Below, piece by piece: positions 37,321 to 52,037 of a DNA stretch of 62,968 nucleotides. Where the stretch lies: the NCBI GenBank assembly GCA_038232055.1, contig JBBSIN010000005.1, positions 1 to 62,968 on the forward strand. Direction: 5' to 3'. The position numbers and the translations under genes are program-made. The stretch is from Mycobacteriales bacterium (lineage in GTDB: Bacteria; Actinomycetota; Actinomycetes; JADGOV01). The notes under the pieces were generated by a model, which did not search any database, was not told the origin of the DNA, and saw nothing but the letters and a program-made list of their open reading frames with translations. Position 1 is the stretch's first letter, and every line of letters starts with the position of its first letter.

Positions 37321-37546
37321 GCTACCCCCTCGATTTGCCGCCAAAGCCGCGACAGAAGCAGTAGGCAGATCAGGGACGCTTCGTGGCATACAACTGCAGC
37401 CGTGAAAAGTCCGCCGAGGTCGCGTCCAGTCCGCTGATGCCTTGCCGGAGATCGCCGCCAGGGAGCGCGACCGGACGGGGACGACCGTGCTGGTGACGAG
37501 GGGCAGCCTGCCGACTGGCCGCCGGCGACCCGAATAGGGTTGTTCT

Positions 37547-38110
37547 ATGCCTCGACAGGTCCACGAGTTCGACCCGCCCGACCGGTTCATCGCGGGCACC
37601 GTCGGGCAGCCCGGCGACCGTACGTTCTTCCTGCAGGCCACGGGTGGCGGTCGCGTCGTCAGCGTTGCCTTGGAAAAGGTGCAGGTCGCGGTTCTCGCGG
37701 AGCGTCTCGACCAGATGCTCGACGAGGTCCGCCGTCAGCTCGGGGCGCGCAGCGGCGTACCGGAGGCCGCCCCCCTCGAGCTCGAGGATGTAGCGCCCCT
37801 GGAGGTGCCGGTCGAGGAGGAGTTTCGGGTCGGCACGATGGCACTCGCCTGGGACGGCGAGACCGCGAGGATCGTCGTCGAGGCGCAGGCAGCGGTCTCC
37901 GATGGAGCGGAGGCGGCCGAGCCACTCGCCGACGAGAGCGCCGATGGGCCCGACGTGCTCAGGGTGCGGATGCCGCCGGTCGCCGCGCGGGCGTTTGTCT
38001 CCAGGGCGCAGCGGGTCGTGGCAGCGGGCCGGCCGCCCTGTCCGCTGTGCGGGTTGCCGCTCGACCCGGAAGGCCACATCTGCCCCCGGCAGAACGGCCA
38101 CCACCACTAG
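37547..38110 (+). CDS. DUF3090 family protein
   Basis: FDPPDRFIAGTVGQPGDRTFFLQA...GRPPCPLCGLPLDPEGHICPRQNGH. Confidence 0.9.
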   Translation: MPRQVHEFDPPDRFIAGTVGQPGDRTFFLQATGGGRVVSVALEKVQVAVLAERLDQMLDEVRRQLGARSGVPEAAPLELEDVAPLEVPVEEEFRVGTMALAWDGETARIVVEAQAAVSDGAEAAEPLADESADGPDVLRVRMPPVAARAFVSRAQRVVAAGRPPCPLCGLPLDPEGHICPRQNGHHH

Positions 38111-38132
38111 CCCGTCAGCCACACTGGATCCC

Positions 38133-38873
38133 GTGAGCGTGCCGGAGCCCGAAGCCAGCGCCCTCGACCTCGAGGCCGTGCTGCGGCTGCTGTGCGACGG
38201 CACGGTCTCCGTCGAGGGACGCCTTCTCGACGCCTCCAACGCCACCCTCTACTGCGTGGTCGAGCTGGACGGCGTCGCCGTCAACGCCGTGTACAAGCCG
38301 GTGGCCGGTGAACGACCGCTGTGGGACTTCCCCGACGGCACGCTGGCCGGTCGTGAGGTGGGGGCGTACGCCGTCAGCGCCGCCACCGGTTGGCAGATCG
38401 TCCCGCCGACCGTGATGCGCGAGGGACCCTTCGGCCCTGGGATGTGCCAACTCTGGATCGACACGGACGACACCGTCGACCTCGCGATGCTGGCGCGCTC
38501 CGACTCCGCCCAGCTGCGCCGGATGGCTGTCTTCGACGCGGTGGTCAACAACGCGGACCGCAAGGGCGGGCACCTGCTGCCCACGCCCCAGGGCCACGTC
38601 TACGGCGTCGACCACGGGGTCTGCTTCTCGGTCGAGGACAAGCTGCGCACGCTGTTATGGCGCTGGCGCGGCCGCCCGCTGACCGACGAGGCGCTCGACG
38701 TTCTGCGTGCCTTGCGCTCCGACCTCGACGGTTCGCTCGGCGCATCCCTCGCCACGCTGGTCTCCCGGGCCGAGGTGCGGGCCACCCGCCGCCGCGTTGA
38801 CCGGCTGCTTGCCAGCTGCCGGCACCCGCAGCCGAGCGAGGACTGGCCGGCCATCCCGTGGCCACCCTTCTGA
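38133..38873 (+). CDS. SCO1664 family PI3/4-kinase-like protein
   Basis: ASNATL, YKPVAGERPLWDFPDGTLAGREV, NNADRKGGH, DHG. Confidence 0.9.
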   Translation: MSVPEPEASALDLEAVLRLLCDGTVSVEGRLLDASNATLYCVVELDGVAVNAVYKPVAGERPLWDFPDGTLAGREVGAYAVSAATGWQIVPPTVMREGPFGPGMCQLWIDTDDTVDLAMLARSDSAQLRRMAVFDAVVNNADRKGGHLLPTPQGHVYGVDHGVCFSVEDKLRTLLWRWRGRPLTDEALDVLRALRSDLDGSLGASLATLVSRAEVRATRRRVDRLLASCRHPQPSEDWPAIPWPPF

Positions 38874-38921
38874 GCGCGCGCGCCGTTCTGGCAGCTAGGG
38901 CTCCGACTAGGCTCCGACCTC

Positions 38922-40172
38922 ATGCAGTCCTGGCCGGCGCCCGACGTCCCGCGCCTGCCGGGGCCCGGCGGGTCACTGCGGATCCTCGACACGGCGTCCG
39001 GCCAGCACCACACGCTCGGGCCGGGCGGCCGCGTGGCGATGTACGTCTGCGGCATCACGCCGTACGACGCGACGCATCTCGGCCACGCCGCGACCTACCT
39101 CGCCTTCGACCTCATGTATCGGGTACTCCGCGACAGCGGTGTCGAGGTCGACTACTGCCAGAACGTCACCGACGTCGACGACCCCTTACTCGAGCGGGCG
39201 GCCCGCAGCGGCGAAGACTGGGCAGCCCTCGCGGAGCGGCAGACGGCGCTCTTTCGCGATGACATGGCGGCGCTGCGGATCCTGCCGCCGCGCTGGTACG
39301 TCGGCGCGGTGGAAGCGATTCCGGAGATCGTCGAGCTGATCTGCGACCTCCGCGAGAAGGGCGCCGCGTACGACGTCGACGACGACGTCTACTTCTCGGC
39401 GGCGGCCGCACCGCAGTTCGGCTCGGTGGCACACCTCAACGTCGAGTCGATGTTGAGGCTCTATGCAGAGCGGGGCGGCGACCCCCAACGGCCCGGCAAA
39501 AAGGATCAGCTCGACTGCCTCCTGTGGCAGGCGGCCCGGCCGGGGGAACCGGCGTGGGACTCACCCTTCGGTCCAGGTCGACCGGGGTGGCACGTCGAGT
39601 GCGCGGCAATCGCGCTGCGCCGGTTCGGGCCGACGATCGACGTCCAGGGCGGCGGCAGCGACCTCGCATTCCCGCACCACGAGCTGGGCGCGGCGGAGGC
39701 CTCCGCCGCCACCGGCCGGTGGCCGTTCGCCCGCACCTTCGTGCACACCGGCATGGTGGGCTACCGGGGCGAGAAGATGTCCAAGTCGCGGGGCAACCTG
39801 GTCTTCGTCTCCCGCCTTCTGACAGCCGGGGTCGACCCGGCCGCCATCCGGCTCGCACTGTTGGCACACCGCTACCGCGACGACTGGGAGTGGACCGACG
39901 CGGAGCTGAGCGCCGGGCAGGAGCGGCTGGTCCGCTGGCGGGCCGCCGTACGCCGCCCGGTCGGGCCGTCGGCGGAGGCGACGCTCGACGGCGTACGCCG
40001 CCGGCTCGCCGACGACCTCGACGCACCCGGCGCCCTGGCGGCGGTCGACGCGTGGGTCGAGGAGGCGGCGGCGCCTCCCGGCGCCGATTCAGGCACCGGG
40101 CTAGAGCCCGGCACGGCGGGACCGTGCCTGGTGCGCACGGTCGCCGACGCGCTGCTCGGCGTGGCCCTCTAG
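38922..40172 (+). CDS. mshC: L-cysteine:1D-myo-inosityl 2-amino-2-deoxy-alpha-D-glucopyranoside ligase (mycothiol)
   Basis: [55 protein letters not shown]; conserved neighbourhood. Confidence 0.95.
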   Translation: MQSWPAPDVPRLPGPGGSLRILDTASGQHHTLGPGGRVAMYVCGITPYDATHLGHAATYLAFDLMYRVLRDSGVEVDYCQNVTDVDDPLLERAARSGEDWAALAERQTALFRDDMAALRILPPRWYVGAVEAIPEIVELICDLREKGAAYDVDDDVYFSAAAAPQFGSVAHLNVESMLRLYAERGGDPQRPGKKDQLDCLLWQAARPGEPAWDSPFGPGRPGWHVECAAIALRRFGPTIDVQGGGSDLAFPHHELGAAEASAATGRWPFARTFVHTGMVGYRGEKMSKSRGNLVFVSRLLTAGVDPAAIRLALLAHRYRDDWEWTDAELSAGQERLVRWRAAVRRPVGPSAEATLDGVRRRLADDLDAPGALAAVDAWVEEAAAPPGADSGTGLEPGTAGPCLVRTVADALLGVAL

Positions 40173-40353
40173 ATCGGCAGCCGAGGGCCCGCGTCCCTGT
40201 TGGCTGCCCGGCGCAGGCTTCACAGCACGGGTCATCGACCGTCGAGTGGGCGAGGAGAGACTCGTCATCGCCGTCGAGCGGGCGAGTAACGCCAGTCGCC
40301 ACGCCAGCCGGACAAAGGGTGTTTCGGCGGCGCGTTAGCCCGACGGCGACGAG

Positions 40354-41211
40354 TCAGCCGTCGCGGTCCTCGCGGCCGCGGCGGCGCAGGTAGCGCTCGA
40401 ACTCGCGAGCGATCGCATCGCCGCTCGCCTCGGGCAGATCCGTCTCGTCGGCTCGTGACTCCAGGGCGCGCACGTACTCCGCGACGTCGGAGTCCTCGCG
40501 GGACATCTCCTCGACGCCTCGCTCCCAGGCGCGGGCCTGCTCGGGCATGTCGCCGAGGGGTACGGCGACGTCGAGAAGGTCCTCGACCCGGCGCAGGAGG
40601 GCGATCGTCGCCTTGGGGCAGGGCGGCTGTGCGACGTAGTGCGGGACCGCCGCCCAGAACGTCACCGCCGGCATCCCGGCCAGCCGGCAGGCGTCCTGGA
40701 AGACTCCGACGATGCCGGTAGGGCCCTCGTATCGGGAGTGCTCCAGCGCCAATCGCTGGGCGGTGGGCTCGTCGTAGGCCGTGCCGGTCACCGGCACCGG
40801 CCGGGTGTGCGGCGTGTCGGCCAGCAGAGCACCGAGGGTGACCGTCATCTCCACGCCGAGCTCGGAGGCGATGTCGATGAGCTCGGAGCAGAAGCCGCGC
40901 CAACGCATGTTCGGTTCGAGTCCGCGCAGGAGGACGATGTCGCGCGGCGCGTTCGGCGGCCTGGCGACCGAGAGCCTCGTCGTGGGCCACGCGATGCGGC
41001 GGGACTGGCCGTCGACCATGGACACCGTCGGGCGGTTGACCTGGAAGTCGTAGTAGTCGTCGGGGTCGATAGCGGCGAGCGGCGTCGCGGCCCAGACCGT
41101 CTCGAGGTGCTCGACGACGGCGGTGGCGGCGTCGGCAGCGTCGTTCCATCCCTCGAACGCGGCGACGAGTACCGGGTCACGCAGCTCGGGCACACCGTCG
41201 AGCTCGACCAC
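40354..41211 (-). CDS. PAC2 family proteasome assembly chaperone-like protein
   Basis: AAFEGWNDAA, DYYDFQVNRP, EPNMRWRGF, LLADTPHTRP, WAAVPHY. Confidence 0.92.
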   Translation of the reverse strand: MVELDGVPELRDPVLVAAFEGWNDAADAATAVVEHLETVWAATPLAAIDPDDYYDFQVNRPTVSMVDGQSRRIAWPTTRLSVARPPNAPRDIVLLRGLEPNMRWRGFCSELIDIASELGVEMTVTLGALLADTPHTRPVPVTGTAYDEPTAQRLALEHSRYEGPTGIVGVFQDACRLAGMPAVTFWAAVPHYVAQPPCPKATIALLRRVEDLLDVAVPLGDMPEQARAWERGVEEMSREDSDVAEYVRALESRADETDLPEASGDAIAREFERYLRRRGREDRDG

Positions 41212-41381
41212 GCACGTCTCCCTCCGCCGGCCGGAGCGTCGGCCGCTGGCCCAGCCTACGACGGACCGCTTCCGGCCGGCGGTATCCGCCGTCCGCGGAC
41301 CGGCGGCCAGGCCGACCGCATCGTCCGGCGCCCCGAGTGTCCGCCGGGAAAGAGCCGGCATCGCGACTACGATGACCCGGC

Positions 41382-44878
<3,497 letters not shown>

Positions 44879-44882
<4 letters not shown>

Positions 44883-45580
44883 CCCCGGCAATCGGCGCGG
44901 TGCTCTTCGACATGGACGGCCTGCTCGTCGATTCCGAGCCGGTCTGGTACGCCGTCGAGGTGGAAGTCATGGCCCGACTCGGCGGTGGGTGGTCGCACGA
45001 ACAGCAGGCGGCCTGCGTCGGCGGGCCGCTCGGGCACACGGCCGAGCACATGGCCGCCCTGGTGGGCAGCGACGTCGACCCGCGACTGGTCGAGGGCTGG
45101 CTGGTCGAGGGGATGGCCGAGCGGCTCGCCGCCGGTGTCACGCTCCTGCCGGGAGCCCCCGAGCTGCTCGACGCGCTGGCGACGGCCGCAGTCCCGTGCG
45201 GGCTGGTGTCCTCGTCGTACCGGCGGCTCGTCGATCTCGTGCTCGACGCGGTGGACCGCACCGGTCCGGCCGCTGGCCGCTCCCCGGCTTCCGCCGCCTT
45301 TGCGGTGTCCGTCGCGGGTGACGAGGTCAGCCATGGCAAGCCGCATCCCGAGCCCTACCTGGTCGCCGCCGCGCGGCTCGGGGTCGACCCGGCGAGCTGT
45401 GTCGTGCTCGAAGACTCCCTGACCGGGGTGGCCTCGGCCGAGGCGGCGGGGTGTGTCTGCGTCGCCGTACCCGATCTGGTGCCCATTCCGGCGACGGCGA
45501 CCCGTCCGGTGCTCGCCTCCCTGGCCGGGGTGGACGTTGCCTGGCTGGCAAGTCTCCCGGGCCGGCTCGCCGCCGGCTGA
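44879..45580 (+). CDS. HAD family phosphatase
   Basis: FDMDGLLVDSE, KPHPEPY, EDSLTG. Confidence 0.92.
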
Positions 45581-45674
45581 GTATCACCCGCTTGGTGGAT
45601 TGCCGTGGTCGCTGCCGAGGGTTTCGATAGGTGCACGCAGCGTCGCCGCGGCCGAGGACACCGGTGACGACGCC

Positions 45675-45716
45675 GCAAGAGGCGGTCGGGCGCCCCCGCT
45701 CCCGACCGCCCCTTGC
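45675..45716. terminator. Hairpin between HAD and cysQ
   Basis: GGCGGTCGGG (45681-45690) / CCCGACCGCC (45701-45710), extended by GCAAG/CTTGC. Confidence 0.5.
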
Positions 45717-45738
45717 TGTCTGCGGATAGGCTTCCGCC

Positions 45739-46479
45739 ATGATCGAGGACTCCGCACTCGCGGCCGCGCTCGCCACCGACGCCGGCCAGCTGTTGCTGAA
45801 GGTGCGAGAGGAGTACGCCGACGCCGACCAGCCCACGCGCAAGGCGGCCGGCGACCGGAGGTCGCACGAGTTCCTGATGGCCGCCCTGGCCCAGGCCCGC
45901 CCGACCGACGCCGTGCTCTCGGAGGAGGGCAAGGACGACCCCGTGCGGCTGGAGTCCGAACGGGTGTGGATCGTCGATCCCCTGGACGGGACGCGGGAGT
46001 ACTCCGAGTTCCGTGCCGACTGGGCGGTGCACGTCGCCCTCTGGCAGGCCGGTGAGCTCGTCGCCGGGGCGGTCGCCCTGCCGGGAAGCGACGTCACTTT
46101 CGCCACGCCCACGGTTCCGCTCGCTCCGGCGTACGGCGGTGCGCCTCGCCTGGTGGTCAGCCGCAGCCGGCCCCCTGCGTGGATTCCATCGGTGCAGGAG
46201 GCGCTCGACGCCGAGCTGGTGCCGATGGGGTCGGCCGGCGCCAAGGTGATGGCCATCGTTCAGGGCCTCGCCGATGTCTACGTGCACGCCGGCGGGCAGT
46301 ACGAGTGGGACTCTGCGGCGCCGGTGGTCGTCGCCAGGGCGGCCGGCTTGCACACCTCGCGGGTCGACGGCTCACCCCTGCGCTACAACTCGCGGGACCC
46401 GCTGCTGCCGGACCTGGTCGTCTGCCGTCCGGAGCTGGCTGGCGACGTGATGGCGGCAGTGACGTCGATCGCGAGCTGA
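45739..46479 (+). CDS. cysQ: 3'(2'),5'-bisphosphate nucleotidase (PAP phosphatase)
   Basis: LSEEG, WIVDPLDGTREYSE, GSAGAK, YEWDSAAP. Confidence 0.92.
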   Translation: MIEDSALAAALATDAGQLLLKVREEYADADQPTRKAAGDRRSHEFLMAALAQARPTDAVLSEEGKDDPVRLESERVWIVDPLDGTREYSEFRADWAVHVALWQAGELVAGAVALPGSDVTFATPTVPLAPAYGGAPRLVVSRSRPPAWIPSVQEALDAELVPMGSAGAKVMAIVQGLADVYVHAGGQYEWDSAAPVVVARAAGLHTSRVDGSPLRYNSRDPLLPDLVVCRPELAGDVMAAVTSIAS

Positions 46480-46491
46480 GCTCCGGCCCGG

Positions 46492-48282
46492 TCAGTGCAG
46501 GGGGAAGAAGACCGGGATGGTCGCCAGGGCGATGGCCACCGTCGAGCCCACGAGCACGATGCCGAGCCGGCCGAAGTCCCAGAAGCGGTACCCGCCCATG
46601 CCGTAGACGATCATGTTGGTCTGGTAGCCGATCGGCGTGAGGAACGACGACGACGCCCCTACCGCCACGGCGATCGCGAAGGGCCGTGGGTCGGCCGAGA
46701 TCTGCGCTGCGGTCGCGAGCGCGATGGGAAACATGACGATCGCGGTGGCGTTGTTCGTCACCAGCTGGGTGATGAGCACCGTGGCGACGAGCACCGCACC
46801 GAGCACCCCCACGTCGCCCCAGCCGCCGAAGACGCGGATGAGCAGGTGCGCGATGTCGGTCGCGAGACCGCTCGACGCCATCGCGGCGCCGAGCCCGAAC
46901 GACGCGGCGAGCACGACGATCACGTTGAGGTCGATCGCCGCCCGCGCCTCCTGCGGGCTCAGGACGCGAAACCCGACGAGGAGCAGCGCCGCGATGAGCG
47001 AGGCGTGCAGGACGGGCAGCAGGCCGGAGGCGGCGGCGGCGAGGAACCCGACGACGACGAGGCCCACCACCCAGGCCTTGTCGCGGCGTACCGGGCCACC
47101 GCCTCCCATCGGCGCGGTGAGCGCGAACTCCGGTGCCCCCCGCCACCGCCGGCGCAGATCGCCCGGTCCGAGGACCACGAGCACGTCGCCGGGATGCAGG
47201 GCGATGGACCCCAGCTTGCCGGCCACGGGCTCGCCCTCGCGGTGGATGGCGACCACCGCGGCGCCGTACCGGTTGCGGAAGTCGACGTCCTTGAGGGTCG
47301 ACCCGCCGAGCGGTGACCCGGGAGCGACGACCGCCTCGTAGAAGCGGCGGCCTGGGCCGCCGGCCACGGAGAAGTGGTGCTCGTCGGCCGACTGCAGCCC
47401 ACGCACCCGCTGCAGGTCGACGACGTGGTTCACGTTGCCGGCGAAGACGAGCCGGTCACCCTGGGCGAGCCGCTCGGTGGGGGCCACCGGGGCGATGGCA
47501 GTACCGTCGCGCTCGATCTCGACCAGGTACACGCCTTCGAGGTTGCGCAGGCCGGCCTCGGCCACGGTCCGTCCGACCAGGCCGTCCCGCGCGACCTTCA
47601 TCTCGAACGTGAAGTGTCGGGGGTCGTCACCGACGTCCTCGCTCGGCGCCTGCCGGCGGGGGACGAGCCGGGGTGCCAGCAGCACGGTGAGCGCGATGCC
47701 GACGACCGCGATCGGCAGCCCGACCGGCGTGATCTCGAAGAGCGACAGCCCGTCCTGGTGGGCGCCTCTCAGCAGACCGGTGACCACGACGTTCGTGGTC
47801 GTTCCGATGGACGTGACGAGGCCACCGAGCAGCACCGCCGCGTTGAGCGCCATCAGGTACCACGACGGCGAGCGCCGGCTCCGCCGGGCCCAGGCGGAGA
47901 CCTGGGGTGCCAGCATGCCGGTCGTCGGGGTGTTGTAGACGACCGAGGACAGCAGTGCGGTCGGCATGAGCACTCGCGCGAGCTCGCGCCTCGTCGCCCG
48001 GTCCTGACGCTTCCCTCTCGGCCGGCGCCCGAGTGCGGTGGCGGTGATCCGGTCCAGGGCTCCGGTCACCTCGGCCGCGCCGGCCATCACGTACAGCGCC
48101 GCCACGGTCACCGGAGCCTCGCTGGAGAAGCCGGAGAAGGCCGCCTCCGCGTCGATGACGCGGGTGACCAGGAGCACCGTGACCGCCGCCAGGATGACGT
48201 ACGGCGCCGAGAACCGTTCGGTGGCGAGGCAGGCCACCGCCACCACGATCACCGCAAGGGTGAACCACGCCTCGATGCTCAT
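46492..48282 (-). CDS. SLC13 (DASS) family permease with TrkA-C domains, sulfate/dicarboxylate type
   Basis: YNTPTT, SIGTTTNVVV, two cytoplasmic RCK-C repeats, TNNATA, FLTPIGYQTNMIVYGMGGYRF. Confidence 0.9.
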   Translation of the reverse strand: MSIEAWFTLAVIVVAVACLATERFSAPYVILAAVTVLLVTRVIDAEAAFSGFSSEAPVTVAALYVMAGAAEVTGALDRITATALGRRPRGKRQDRATRRELARVLMPTALLSSVVYNTPTTGMLAPQVSAWARRSRRSPSWYLMALNAAVLLGGLVTSIGTTTNVVVTGLLRGAHQDGLSLFEITPVGLPIAVVGIALTVLLAPRLVPRRQAPSEDVGDDPRHFTFEMKVARDGLVGRTVAEAGLRNLEGVYLVEIERDGTAIAPVAPTERLAQGDRLVFAGNVNHVVDLQRVRGLQSADEHHFSVAGGPGRRFYEAVVAPGSPLGGSTLKDVDFRNRYGAAVVAIHREGEPVAGKLGSIALHPGDVLVVLGPGDLRRRWRGAPEFALTAPMGGGGPVRRDKAWVVGLVVVGFLAAAASGLLPVLHASLIAALLLVGFRVLSPQEARAAIDLNVIVVLAASFGLGAAMASSGLATDIAHLLIRVFGGWGDVGVLGAVLVATVLITQLVTNNATAIVMFPIALATAAQISADPRPFAIAVAVGASSSFLTPIGYQTNMIVYGMGGYRFWDFGRLGIVLVGSTVAIALATIPVFFPLH

Positions 48283-49811
48283 GCCTGCACAGTCGGCGCC
48301 GGAGCTGTCGGGCGCAGGAGCTCTCGCAGGATGACGCGGTCCTCGGCCGCGAAACCGAGCGCGACCAACACGCCAACGTAGACGAACACTGCTGTCGCGA
48401 TGCCAAGAATCGAGTCGAACGGGGACGGCAGGACGTCGCGGACGACGATGCAGGCCACAAGACTGGCCGCGCCCGCCAGCAGGCCCTTGGCGACGCTCAG
48501 GTTGACCGGCAGCATCCGCAGCAGGACCCACACCTCGAGGATCCGCACGGCATTGAGAGCGATCAGTGAGACCTGCCACGCGACGGCGGCTCCCAGGATG
48601 CCGTGGTCCGGAATCAGCCACACGTTGAGCGCAATGTTCAGGGCGAGCGCGCCGATGTTGTCGATCATCGAGAGCACCGACCGTCCCGACTGGTTCAGCA
48701 CGACGCCGCACGGGCCGGCAGCCGAGTCGAGAAACTTGCCGATCACCAGAACCGCCGCGACCTGCGCGCCGACCCGGTACGCCGGCCCGAACAGGCCGAG
48801 GAGCGGGGAGCTGAACACGATCAGGACGATGCTCGCCGGCAGCAGGAGTCGGACGATCCAGCTGGTCGCGGCGGTGTAAGCCCGGGACAGGCTGACCATC
48901 GCGCGACGGGTGTAGAGCAGCGCGATGCGCGGAGCCAACGACGCGCCGATGGGCGTCGCCACGAACGTCGCGAGGGTCACGAGTCGGGTGGCGACGCTGT
49001 AGACGCCGACCTCCGCGCTGGTGCGGTAGACGCCGAGCAGGATGGTATCGGCCCACACCAGGCCCGAGGAGGCCAGCGACGTGAACCAGCTGACCGAGGA
49101 GAAGCCGAGGAGCTCGCGCACCTGGTAGCGGTAGTAGTCCGGCCGCGGCCCCAGCAACCGGCGCAGCGCCAGGAACGCCAGCGCCGCGGCCACGTAGTTG
49201 CTGACGACGAGAGCCGCCATGGCGCCACGCAGCCCGAGGCCGGCCGCGAGAAGCACGCAGGTCAGCGTGAACCGGGTGAGCGGCTCGAACACCATGCCGA
49301 CCAGCGCGTACGGCCGCGTCGTCCGGAAGCCCTGCGTCGCCGACAGCGCGGCGTCCGTGAACGTGGCGGCCGGTAGCGCCACGCCGACGAAGCGCAGCGG
49401 CGTGATCAGGCCGTCGTCGGAGAAGGCGGCATGGACGATGGCCGGCGCCAGGAGCACCAGAGCGACGCCGAGTACCAGCGCCCCACCGGTGCTGATGGCT
49501 ACGCCAAGCCGGCTCGTGCCGTGCACGGCCGCCTCGTCTTGGTCGGCGAGGTGCACGGCGACGAACCGGATGAGACCCGCCCGAAGACCTGACAGGGATA
49601 GCAGCCCGAGCAGGACGAGGAACGCGAACGCCTGAGCGTAGAGACCGACCTCACGTCGGCCGAGCAGGCGCACCATGACGATCGTGATGCCGAGCAGCGC
49701 AGCCTGGCTGATCACTGCGGAGACGAGGTTGAGCCCACCGCCGCGCGCGAAGCCGACAAGATCGCGGCCGGCCGCCGCAGGAGGCCCGCTCGCCGAGCGT
49801 GACGTCACCAT
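48279..49811 (-). CDS. Wzx-like oligosaccharide flippase (MOP superfamily)
   Basis: 12-14 TM; LGRREVGLY, DTILLG...EVGVYSVA, GILGAAVA. Confidence 0.9.
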   Translation of the reverse strand: MVTSRSASGPPAAAGRDLVGFARGGGLNLVSAVISQAALLGITIVMVRLLGRREVGLYAQAFAFLVLLGLLSLSGLRAGLIRFVAVHLADQDEAAVHGTSRLGVAISTGGALVLGVALVLLAPAIVHAAFSDDGLITPLRFVGVALPAATFTDAALSATQGFRTTRPYALVGMVFEPLTRFTLTCVLLAAGLGLRGAMAALVVSNYVAAALAFLALRRLLGPRPDYYRYQVRELLGFSSVSWFTSLASSGLVWADTILLGVYRTSAEVGVYSVATRLVTLATFVATPIGASLAPRIALLYTRRAMVSLSRAYTAATSWIVRLLLPASIVLIVFSSPLLGLFGPAYRVGAQVAAVLVIGKFLDSAAGPCGVVLNQSGRSVLSMIDNIGALALNIALNVWLIPDHGILGAAVAWQVSLIALNAVRILEVWVLLRMLPVNLSVAKGLLAGAASLVACIVVRDVLPSPFDSILGIATAVFVYVGVLVALGFAAEDRVILRELLRPTAPAPTVQA

Positions 49812-49915
49812 GCCGAGCCATCCTTATTGTGTGCCGGGCGGCTCGGTGATCTTCGCGCTGTCAGTGCCTGCCCCGCGGAACGTTCCACGTCAGTACGACG
49901 GTAGCTCGCCCTACG

Positions 49916-51472
49916 TCAGTAGGCGCCGCTACCACGCAGGACGGCGAAGACCGTCTTCCAGAGGATCATAAAGTCGAGCGCGAGCGACCAGTTCTCCACG
50001 TACTCGAGGTCGAGGCGCACGGACTCGTCCCAGCTGAGGTCGGAGCGGCCGCTGACCTGCCACAGGCCGGTGAGTCCCGGCTTGACGAGCAGGCGCCGGC
50101 GTACGTCGCTCTCGTACAACTCCACCTCGCTCGGCAGCGGCGGCCGCGGCCCGACGAGCGACATGTCACCCTTGAGGACGTTAAGCAGCTGGGGAAGCTC
50201 GTCGAGGGAGTACCGGCGGAGCCAGCGACCCACCCAGGTGACCCGAGGGTCCAGGCGAATCTTGAAGAGCAAACCGTCAGACCGGTCGTTCTCGTCGAGC
50301 AGCGTCTCGAGCTGCGCCTCCGCGTCGACATGCATCGAGCGGTACTTGTAGATGGTGAAGGGACGCCCGCCCTTGCCGCAGCGAATCTGACGGAACAGCA
50401 CCGGTCCAGCCGTCGTGAGCCACACGGCCAGCCCGAGCGTCACGAGCATCGGCAGCAGCAGCACGATCGCGCTCAGGGCGATAGTCCGGTCGGAGAACGC
50501 CTTGAGCAGGCGACGCCCGCCGGAGAGCTCCGGCTCGTCGACGTGCAGCAGCGGCAGTCCGGCCACTGGCCGGATGTGAATGCGTGGCCCGGCGATGTCG
50601 GTGAGGGCCGGCGCGACGAGGATGTCGACACCGCTGCCCTCGAGGTCCCAGGACAACCGGCGCAGCGCCGCGCCGGAGACCTCGCCGCAGGATGTCACGG
50701 CCACCGAGGAGGCTCGGGCGCCGCGGACTGCCGCCCCGATCATCGAGAGGTCACCGAGCACCGGGATGCCCTCGACTCCCGAGATCCGGCTTGAGCTGCG
50801 CTGCTCGATGCAGCAGCCGACGACGGCCATCCCGGCGTACGGCGCGCGGCGGGTCGTACGGATCAGGTCCGCGACGCTCTGCTCGCTGCCGGCCACGATG
50901 ACCCGGTGGGCGCAGCGGCCCTTGCGGCGGAGCTGGATCAAGACCTTGCGGACGCCGTAGCGGCCCAGCAGGTCGAGCGCTGTCGCCAACGGCAACGCGA
51001 TGACCACGAAGCGCCGCCCGATGTGCGAGTCGGTGGCGTAGGACACCGTGGCAATGGCGGCGATGAGCCGCAGTGCGGCATTGCAGGTGCGCTTGAACTC
51101 CTCCGAGCCCAGGGCGAGGAACCGCGCCTCGTACGCGCGGCTCAGCCACATCGACACGACCCAGGCGGCGGCAAGAGCGATCGTCAGGACTGCGTAGCGC
51201 TGGCCGGGGAGCGTGCCCTCGTTGCGGAACCGGACGAAGAGAGCGACGAAGGAGGAGAGCAGGATGGCCGCAATGTCGACGGTGACCACGACCGCGACGA
51301 GTCGGCTCTCCCAGCGCTTCGACGCCCGGTACTCCTGCGGAGCGGTGTCAGCTGCGGGCAGCAACCGGATGTGGGCTGCCGGCTCCGTAAGGTCGATCAC
51401 CCGATCGGTCGCGGCGGATGCGCCGCTGACGCGACCGTCGGAGGGTGGACCGTCAAGTCGGTTGGTGCGCAT
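49916..51472 (-). CDS. Priming polyprenyl glycosylphosphotransferase (WcaJ/CpsE-like sugar transferase); start uncertain (51472-51598)
   Basis: Four TM plus Rossmann-like domain, IYKYRSM, DPRVT, RYSLDELPQL, GDMSLVGPRP, KPGLTGLWQVSGRS. Confidence 0.93.
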   Translation of the reverse strand: MRTNRLDGPPSDGRVSGASAATDRVIDLTEPAAHIRLLPAADTAPQEYRASKRWESRLVAVVVTVDIAAILLSSFVALFVRFRNEGTLPGQRYAVLTIALAAAWVVSMWLSRAYEARFLALGSEEFKRTCNAALRLIAAIATVSYATDSHIGRRFVVIALPLATALDLLGRYGVRKVLIQLRRKGRCAHRVIVAGSEQSVADLIRTTRRAPYAGMAVVGCCIEQRSSSRISGVEGIPVLGDLSMIGAAVRGARASSVAVTSCGEVSGAALRRLSWDLEGSGVDILVAPALTDIAGPRIHIRPVAGLPLLHVDEPELSGGRRLLKAFSDRTIALSAIVLLLPMLVTLGLAVWLTTAGPVLFRQIRCGKGGRPFTIYKYRSMHVDAEAQLETLLDENDRSDGLLFKIRLDPRVTWVGRWLRRYSLDELPQLLNVLKGDMSLVGPRPPLPSEVELYESDVRRRLLVKPGLTGLWQVSGRSDLSWDESVRLDLEYVENWSLALDFMILWKTVFAVLRGSGAY

Positions 51473-52037
51473 CGCGTTCCCCGACCCGGGGACCCCTGGC
51501 GCGGCTGTCCGGGACGCGGCGCCGGAGAGCAGGCGCGTCCGCGGTTCGCCGGTCGCCGATGCCGCGCGTTCCCGCGTACGCAGCACAGCCCTTATCACCG
51601 TCGGTCACCTCAAAATCAGTCGAGCGCATCAGTATTACCGAAAGAATTTCCCGGATGAGCAGGCATTCGATGCCGACCGCTCTTCCGGATGCCCGCGAAC
51701 CACAGCCACTGGCTCGTCACCGGCCGTAGCCACACATCCTGCCATCAAAGCCGCTGTTCGGACCGTTGGCGATCCGCCGAACGGCTGACCAGGGTCCACC
51801 GTTTCGATATCTCGTAGTTGCGCGGCTACCCTGAGTGAGAGACAGTGGAACCGGCCGACCGGGTCGCACCCGCCGGTTCGGCCCGCGCCGGACCTGGGAA
51901 GCCGGTACGATAGGCCCCTCAGGGCGAAATAGTTCAGCACCCGCCGTCGGCCGAGGGCCGTGGCTGGGACGCTCTTTCACGTGGGCGAGATGTCGCGCCC
52001 GTGCCCGTCCCTTTCCTTGGAGGAGGAGTCCGAACCG

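Noticed and set aside
38895-38918. Short repeat TAGG(G)CTCCGAC before mshC as an operator
   Set aside because: Only about 11 bp and overlapping the predicted -10 box; chance or local slippage cannot be excluded.
40173-41381. SAM or B12 riboswitch near metH/mshC
   Set aside because: No recognisable aptamer core in the intergenic stretches, and metH appears leaderless.
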